Below are positions 52,156 to 56,879 of a stretch of 56,879 bases of DNA, piece after piece. The DNA lies in contig CAZXEE010000004.1 in the NCBI GenBank assembly GCA_964639785.1, positions 1-56,879 of the forward strand. The letters run 5' to 3'. This DNA comes from an uncultured Gammaproteobacteria bacterium. GTDB lineage: Bacteria; Patescibacteriota; Patescibacteriia; Patescibacteriales; UBA12465. Below the pieces are notes generated by a model, which was not told the origin of the DNA, did no database searches, and saw nothing but the letters and a program-made list of their open reading frames with translations. The translations under genes and the position numbers were made by a program. Numbering within the stretch: the first letter of the stretch is position 1; each line of letters starts with the position of its first letter.

Positions 52156-53757
52156 ATGAATTATCTGAAAATTGGTAAAGCCACAGAGCTCTCTGGAAAG
52201 GATCGGAAGATTTATCGTCTTTTGGAAATCCTTCCCGGAGCTTTATCTTTCGGTACACTTCTATTGTTATTAGTCTTTTCTTATTTCAAGCCAGTTTGGG
52301 TGGCTTATTTTATCATAGCCTTCGACGTCTATTGGCTTCTTCTGGTTATCTTTTTGGCTATTTACTTGATTGCCGGGTACAAGAAAATGAAAGAGAACAA
52401 GATGGTAGACTGGGGACAGAAATGCCGTGAATTGCCTGTCGGATTTTTGGATGCCGAGAGCGAGACTCTGGCGGCTGATCAGAATAATAAGCCATTATGC
52501 GAACAGGGTATGTCTTGGGAGGATGTCATCCACATGGTTGTACTGCCTAACTATAATGAGGATTTGGATATCTTGCGGACGGCAGTTGATTCTTTGGTGA
52601 AGGATGGCTATCCCACTAAAAATATGATTGTTGTCCTGGCCATGGAAGAGAGGGCGGGGGTCGAGGCGGCTCGATTCAAAGCGGAAACTCTCAGTTCAGA
52701 ATTTGCCCATTACTTCCGTAATTTCTTCGTCACTTATCACCCGGGAGAAATCGAAGGTGAGTTGAAAGGCAAGGGCGCTAATCAGGCTTGGGCTGCCAAG
52801 AAAGTCAAAGAAGAAATCGTGGATAAAGAAGGTTTGGATTACAATAAGATATTAGTTAGTGTCTTTGATATTGATACTGTGGTCTTTCCAGGTTATTTCT
52901 TTAAGCTCACCCATTCTTTCTTAACCGTTAACGACCCGTATCATGCCAGCTACCAGCCGATTCCGATCTATCATAATAATGTCTGGCAAGCGCCATTCTT
53001 TGCTCGGGTGTCTTCTTCTTCCAATACTTTTTGGCAGATGATGCAACAGATCCGTCCGGAAAAATTAGCTACCTATTCTTCCCATTCCATGACTTGGAGA
53101 GCCTTGGTAGATATCGGTTTCTGGTCGGTTAATATGGTATCGGAGGATTCACGGATTTTCTGGAATTGCTTGTTATATTATAATGGTAATTATCGAGTTG
53201 AACCTCTGTATTTTCCGGTTTTTATGGATACGACGATGGATGCCAGTTTTATGGATACTGCCAAGAGTTTGTATAAGCAGCAGAGACGCTGGGCTTGGGG
53301 AAGCGAGAATGTGCCTTATTTGATTTTCAATACTGCCAAGAAATGGAAAGAGGTTGATCATAAGGTGCTGATTGGACATATTTTTACCCAGATCTACGGT
53401 TTCCACTCTTGGGGCACCAACGCTTTGATCATCGCTGTAGTCGGTTGGATGCCGATGTTGTTAGGAGGCGATCGCTTCAACTCTACTGTTCTGTCTGGCA
53501 ACTTGCCTCAAGTTACCACCTGGTTAATGAATATCGCTATGGTGGGCATGGTTTTGTCAGCTACTATCTCTACCATTCTTTTACCGAAACGGCCAAAAGG
53601 ATTTAGCTTCTTCAAGAATGTCTTGGTGGTGCTCGAATGGTTGACCGTTCCATTTTCTATCATCCTGTTCGGCGCCCTTCCTTGTCTTGATGCTCAATGG
53701 AGACTTATGACAGGCAAGTATATGGGTTTCTGGGTGACGCCTAAAAGCCGGAAATAG
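52156..53757 (+). CDS. Membrane-integrated processive-type family 2 glycosyltransferase (cellulose/chitin/hyaluronan-synthase-like, QxxRW)
   Basis: Two N-terminal TM helices, a GT-A core (VVLPNYNED, FDIDTV), QQRRWAWGSE (QxxRW) and several C-terminal TM helices. Confidence 0.75.
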   Translation: MNYLKIGKATELSGKDRKIYRLLEILPGALSFGTLLLLLVFSYFKPVWVAYFIIAFDVYWLLLVIFLAIYLIAGYKKMKENKMVDWGQKCRELPVGFLDAESETLAADQNNKPLCEQGMSWEDVIHMVVLPNYNEDLDILRTAVDSLVKDGYPTKNMIVVLAMEERAGVEAARFKAETLSSEFAHYFRNFFVTYHPGEIEGELKGKGANQAWAAKKVKEEIVDKEGLDYNKILVSVFDIDTVVFPGYFFKLTHSFLTVNDPYHASYQPIPIYHNNVWQAPFFARVSSSSNTFWQMMQQIRPEKLATYSSHSMTWRALVDIGFWSVNMVSEDSRIFWNCLLYYNGNYRVEPLYFPVFMDTTMDASFMDTAKSLYKQQRRWAWGSENVPYLIFNTAKKWKEVDHKVLIGHIFTQIYGFHSWGTNALIIAVVGWMPMLLGGDRFNSTVLSGNLPQVTTWLMNIAMVGMVLSATISTILLPKRPKGFSFFKNVLVVLEWLTVPFSIILFGALPCLDAQWRLMTGKYMGFWVTPKSRK

Positions 53758-53761
53758 ACTT

Positions 53762-53833
53762 GCGGGTATCGTATAGTGGTTATTATGTTAGCTTCCCAAG
53801 CTGAAGATGGCGGTCCGATTCCGCTTACCCGCT
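53762..53833 (+). tRNA. tRNA-Gly (anticodon CCC), no encoded CCA
   Basis: Folded by hand. Acceptor stem is gcgggta/tacccgc. Anticodon stem is ttagc/gctga with loop ttCCCaa. T arm is ggcgg-tccgatt-ccgct. Discriminator is T. Confidence 0.88.
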
Positions 53834-53836
53834 CAC

Positions 53837-53863
53837 AAAAACTAGTTTAATACTAGTTTTTTT
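53837..53863 (+). terminator. A/T-rich terminator-like hairpin after tRNA-Gly
   Basis: aaaaactag-tttaata-ctagttttt forms a 9-bp perfect stem followed by a T-run. Confidence 0.45.
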
Positions 53864-53890
53864 GTCGTTTTGTTAGTAATTTGGTATAAT
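53862..53890 (+). promoter_or_regulatory. Sigma70 promoter with extended -10 for the pilin gene; predicted leaderless transcript
   Basis: TTGTCG, 17 nt spacer, TGgTATAAT ending at 53890. The ATG at 53897 lies 7 nt after the -10 element. Confidence 0.5.
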
Positions 53891-53896
53891 TTGATC

Positions 53897-54967
53897 ATGA
53901 TAAATAGAAGAAGAGGTTTTACTTTAATCGAACTCCTTGTGGTTATTGCCATCATCGGTATTTTAGCAACTATTTCTGTTTTGGCTCTTAATAATGCTCG
54001 GGCTAAGAGTCGTGATGCTAAGCGGATGGCAGATGTCAAACAAATTCAAACTGCTCTCGAACTTTATTTTAATGATAATGGCCGTTACCCAACGACAGAA
54101 GAGTTTGAAAGGGGATCGCTTTATTCTACTTCAACAATGGGAACTACAAGTTATATGGCAGTTATCCCAGAAGCTCCAATGCCTCCTGATGGTGCTTGTG
54201 ATGTTGAGTCTAATCAGTTTTCCTACGTTTCTGTTAATGGGGGTGAGGATTATAAGATACAATTTTGTTTAGGCGGACTTGTCGGTGGCTTGTCGCCTAG
54301 TACTAAATGCGCTATGTCCGGCGGGATATTAAATCAGGAATGTTTTGTTTGTGGTGATTTGATAAAATATGGCGGAGGACCATTTGATTCTTCGGGCATT
54401 AAGCACAACAATGGCGGGTATTATAGAACTGTAAATATTTGTGATACAAACCAAGAAAATTGCCAGTGTTGGTTTCGGGATAATTTAAATATTGGCATTG
54501 AGGGCGCACAATCAGATGATGATATAATTGAAAAGCATTGTGATGACTGTACTCTTTATGGCGGACAATATAATAGAGATGAAGCCAATGCTTATCCTGG
54601 CTGGAATGTTAATGGCGATCAAGGTATTTGTCCTAATGGCTGGCATATTCCTAGTAGTGCTGAATTCTTAACCTTGGTTAATAATTTAGGTGGGGTGACT
54701 GTGGCCGGAGGTAAACTAAAACAGATCGGTACAGTTGAAGGTGGTACTGGCTTATGGGGATCACCTAATACTGGTGCTACTGATGAATCTGGTTTTTCGG
54801 CTGTTCCTGGTTTTTGGGCTGCTAATACTAGGGGAATTTATTGGGCGTCTGATTGGGGATCACCTTACTATCCGGTTATGTGGTTGCAGTATGATACGGC
54901 AGCAGTTCAATATTTAGGCGGCTTGGATCCTTCTTATAATATGTCTGTTCGTTGTCTTAAGGATTAA
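53897..54967 (+). CDS. Type IV pilin (class III signal peptide) fused to a C-terminal FISUMP domain
   Basis: I prefer the ATG at 53897 over the track's TTG at 53870. The prepilin motif is MINRRRG|FTLIELLVVIAIIGILATISV, with Glu at +5. The pilin body reads ARAKSRDAKRMADVKQIQTALELYFNDNGRYP. FISUMP motifs are GGYYRTVNI, CWFRDNLNIG, YGGQY, GICPNGWHIPSSAEFLTLVNNLGG, GGKLK, SGFSAVPG and SVRCLKD. Confidence 0.85.
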   Translation: MINRRRGFTLIELLVVIAIIGILATISVLALNNARAKSRDAKRMADVKQIQTALELYFNDNGRYPTTEEFERGSLYSTSTMGTTSYMAVIPEAPMPPDGACDVESNQFSYVSVNGGEDYKIQFCLGGLVGGLSPSTKCAMSGGILNQECFVCGDLIKYGGGPFDSSGIKHNNGGYYRTVNICDTNQENCQCWFRDNLNIGIEGAQSDDDIIEKHCDDCTLYGGQYNRDEANAYPGWNVNGDQGICPNGWHIPSSAEFLTLVNNLGGVTVAGGKLKQIGTVEGGTGLWGSPNTGATDESGFSAVPGFWAANTRGIYWASDWGSPYYPVMWLQYDTAAVQYLGGLDPSYNMSVRCLKD

Positions 54968-54976
54968 TAAAAAGAA

Positions 54977-55008
54977 TAAAAGCCCTGTTTTTTACAGGGC
55001 TTTTTTTA
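54977..55008. terminator. Bidirectional intrinsic terminator
   Basis: Hairpin aaaagccctgt-ttttt-acagggcttttttt. Confidence 0.75.
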
Positions 55009-55049
55009 GTTTTCGTTTTGCTTTTCAGCGATCATGTGTTTGGCGGGCG

Positions 55050-55322
55050 TTAAGGGGGTCGATAGGGACCAGGCCTTAAAATTCCGAAAGACAACATGGT
55101 CGCCGGGCGCTTCAGATATTCGGCGTACAAGACATCGGTTGATATCATTTCTTCAGTTTCAGCTAGTATAGAAGAAAGGGCTGTCCTTTTATCTAATTTT
55201 TTAGCCACTGAAAGATAATGATTCGATGCTTTGTCTTTGGCGGGTAGCAGTTTCTTTATTGGGCTGCCCTCTGAAGCGTTTACAAACGAAATCAGCAGAA
55301 TCAAAATCAGGAGCTGTTTCAT
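55050..55322 (-). CDS. Hypothetical small secreted protein
   Basis: ORF of 90 aa with signal peptide MKQLLILILLISFVNASEG. No family recognised. Confidence 0.45.
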   Translation of the reverse strand: MKQLLILILLISFVNASEGSPIKKLLPAKDKASNHYLSVAKKLDKRTALSSILAETEEMISTDVLYAEYLKRPATMLSFGILRPGPYRPP

Positions 55323-55510
55323 GTTGAAAATTTTCGTTTGATGATATGATATTATTCTATGGAGCAGAAAATGTCAATATCTGTCTGGCTGGTCAGAATA
55401 TTCATTATCCGACAGATCTTTTGTTGATAAAGTGGATGATTAAAAAATACTTTTTCCAGCCCTGGGTTTATTGGGCTATTTTCCCTTTATTTTCTGGTCT
55501 ATCCAGACTC

Positions 55511-55538
55511 TTGACAAAGATTTTATTTAATATATAAT
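55511..55538 (+). promoter_or_regulatory. Consensus sigma70 promoter upstream of the 23S rRNA
   Basis: TTGACA, 16 nt spacer, TATAAT. Confidence 0.5.
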
Positions 55539-55644
55539 TAGTATCAGTTTTACTGAATACTTTCTTATCTAAATATGTATAAAAATTTTTTAGATTCTAA
55601 AAAAATAAGCGGCTAAGAACACCTCTATATTTAAAGTGTGTTTC

Positions 55645-55667
55645 AACCGCTCTAAAGCGGTTTTTTT
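55645..55667 (+). terminator. Terminator-like hairpin between that promoter and the 23S 5' end
   Basis: aaccgc-tctaaa-gcggtt followed by a T-run. The sequence is nearly the same as the hairpin after the 16S gene at 497-524. Confidence 0.4.
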
Positions 55668-55884
55668 GACCCTTCTAAAAAATTTCTTTCCCAACTAGAT
55701 ATCAGGATTCCAATCATCAATAACTTGGTGCTTGGAAAGATTGATATGTAGAGAACATTAACAATCAAATACTATAGAATCATCATTGACAACCAAATGA
55801 TTCTATATGAAACCAAAAATATTATTTTTTGTCTTATTGTTCAGCTGTAATTGGAACAGTAAGACTGAGGAACACATTTTTAAA

Positions 55885-56879
55885 GTCAAAAATGTGGGAA
55901 AATCTCAATAAGGGTGTATGGTGAATGCCTTGACATAAGAGGACGATGAAGGACGTAGCAGCCTGCGATAAGCTTCGGGGAGGTGGCAAGCAACCTTTGA
56001 ACCGAAGATTTCCGAATGGGGAAACCTATCCCATTGAAGATGGGATGAGCTGGCGTAAGCCAGCTGGAAGACCCGGTGAACTGAAACATCTTAGTAGCCG
56101 GAGGAAAAGAGAACAATAGTTATTCCCTTAGTAGTGGCGAGCGAAAAGGGAGAAGTCTAAACTTTATAAACTGCATATAATTTATTTTGCTTTTGTGAAA
56201 TGGTTATATAGAAGGATCTGGGTCCATATGTTTGTAGGGGGTTGTAAGGTCGTAGTGCTTGTTTCCTAGATAGACAGGGCCGAGTCATAAAAATTGATTT
56301 TTAATCGAATCGAACTGGAAAGTTCAGCCAGAGCGGGTGATAGCCCCGTAGATGAAAAAAATCTTTTCTCGGTAATTACGATTCTTAAGTAGGGCGGGCC
56401 TCGTGAAATCCCGTCTGAAGCCAGGTCGACCATGACCTAAGACTAAATACTTCTTATGATCGATAGTGAACTAGTACCATGAGGGAAAGGTGAAAAGCAT
56501 CCCGGTGAGGGAGGTGAAATAGTACCTGAAACCATATACCTACAAGGAGTCGGAGCCTACGCAAGTGGGTGACGGCGTGCCTATTGAAGAAGGAGCCAAC
56601 GAGTTTGTTCAACGTGGCTTACATAATCTCCGTTCGGAGAGCATGTGGAGTGAAAGCGAGGGTTAATAGCCCGTGTCAATTATTATATAGGTGCGAATCC
56701 TTTTTTGCATCTATATAATAATTGATCTGTCGCGTTGACAAGACCCGAAGCCGGGTGATCTAACCATGACCAGGATGAGCTCTAGCGAAAGCTAGAGGGA
56801 GGTCCGAACCCATGAGCCGTGCAACACTCTGGGATGAGTTGTGGTTAGCGGTGAAATTCCAATCGAACTCGGCGATAGC
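55885..56879 (+). rRNA. rrl: 23S rRNA, 5' ~1 kb (partial, continues past the window end; start +/-20 nt)
   Basis: Conserved domain I strings ggtgaatgcc, gatgaaggacgt, gcgataagc, tttccgaatgggg, gaactgaaacatct, agtagtggcgagcgaa, gatagccccgta, gtagggcggg, cgatagtgaac.agtaccatgagggaaaggtgaaaag, agtacctgaaacc, gacccgaagccgggtgatcta and ggtgaaattccaatcgaac. Confidence 0.93.

Noticed and set aside
55346-55537. Track ORF (+, 63 aa) upstream of the 23S promoter.
   Set aside because: It has no RBS, gives a hydrophobic low-complexity product, and overlaps the promoter region. It is probably non-coding.
55886-56116. Track ORF on the minus strand (76 aa).
   Set aside because: It lies inside the 23S rRNA 5' domain, which contains conserved rRNA strings. 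It is an artefact.
1-56879. CRISPR arrays, IS elements or transposases, prophage genes, and diversity-generating retroelements (TR/VR pairs, reverse transcriptase).
   Set aside because: No regularly spaced direct repeats, no transposase-, integrase- or RT-like ORFs, and no ~100-bp near-identical repeat pair with A-specific mismatches were seen. The only sizeable DNA repeats are the intragenic ones reported above.

Overview
This window looks like a chromosomal segment from a small-genome Patescibacteria/CPR (Parcubacteria-like) bacterium. GC is moderate to low by eye. The genetic code is standard: TGA is used as a stop at 1415-1417, and long housekeeping ORFs are intact.

The window begins inside the 3' end of a 16S rRNA gene and ends inside the first ~1 kb of a 23S rRNA gene. 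The 55.5 kb between them holds 44 supportable CDSs and two tRNAs, Pro-CGG and Gly-CCC. Six of the CDSs are on the minus strand, so the rRNA genes are unlinked.

Core genes present are ndk, gyrA, rmuC, radC, an M16 peptidase, a UvrD-type helicase fused to a Cas4-like nuclease, ruvB, queA, lepB, hisS, rpsU, a short Rel/SpoT, clpP, secD, secF, pilD, ftsA, ftsZ, and nrdR-nrdD-nrdG.

The accessory or unusual content is as follows:
1. A three-gene orphan island sits directly after tRNA-Pro, with consensus promoters and structured leaders.
2. A 10.7 kb four-gene surface-protein locus runs from 23911 to 34730. Its first product is a 1745 aa cysteine-rich protein with an N-terminus resembling a VirB2/TrbC-type T4SS pilin. 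Its second product is an 1171 aa protein that embeds a helix-less pilin-like domain and a FISUMP domain.
3. A true type IV pilin is fused to the same FISUMP domain and is probably made from a leaderless mRNA.
4. Two Wzy_C/O-antigen-ligase-like proteins are present, one of them clustered with a GT2 and the prepilin peptidase.
5. SecD carries an embedded parvulin-type PPIase-like domain.
6. The class III ribonucleotide reductase has its glycyl-radical loop on a separate 58 aa ORF that the ORF track missed.
7. A soluble TraD/VirD4-like ATPase carries tandem zinc ribbons.

I saw no CRISPR array, integrase, transposase, reverse transcriptase or obvious prophage. All domain calls come from motif recognition by eye; no searches were run.
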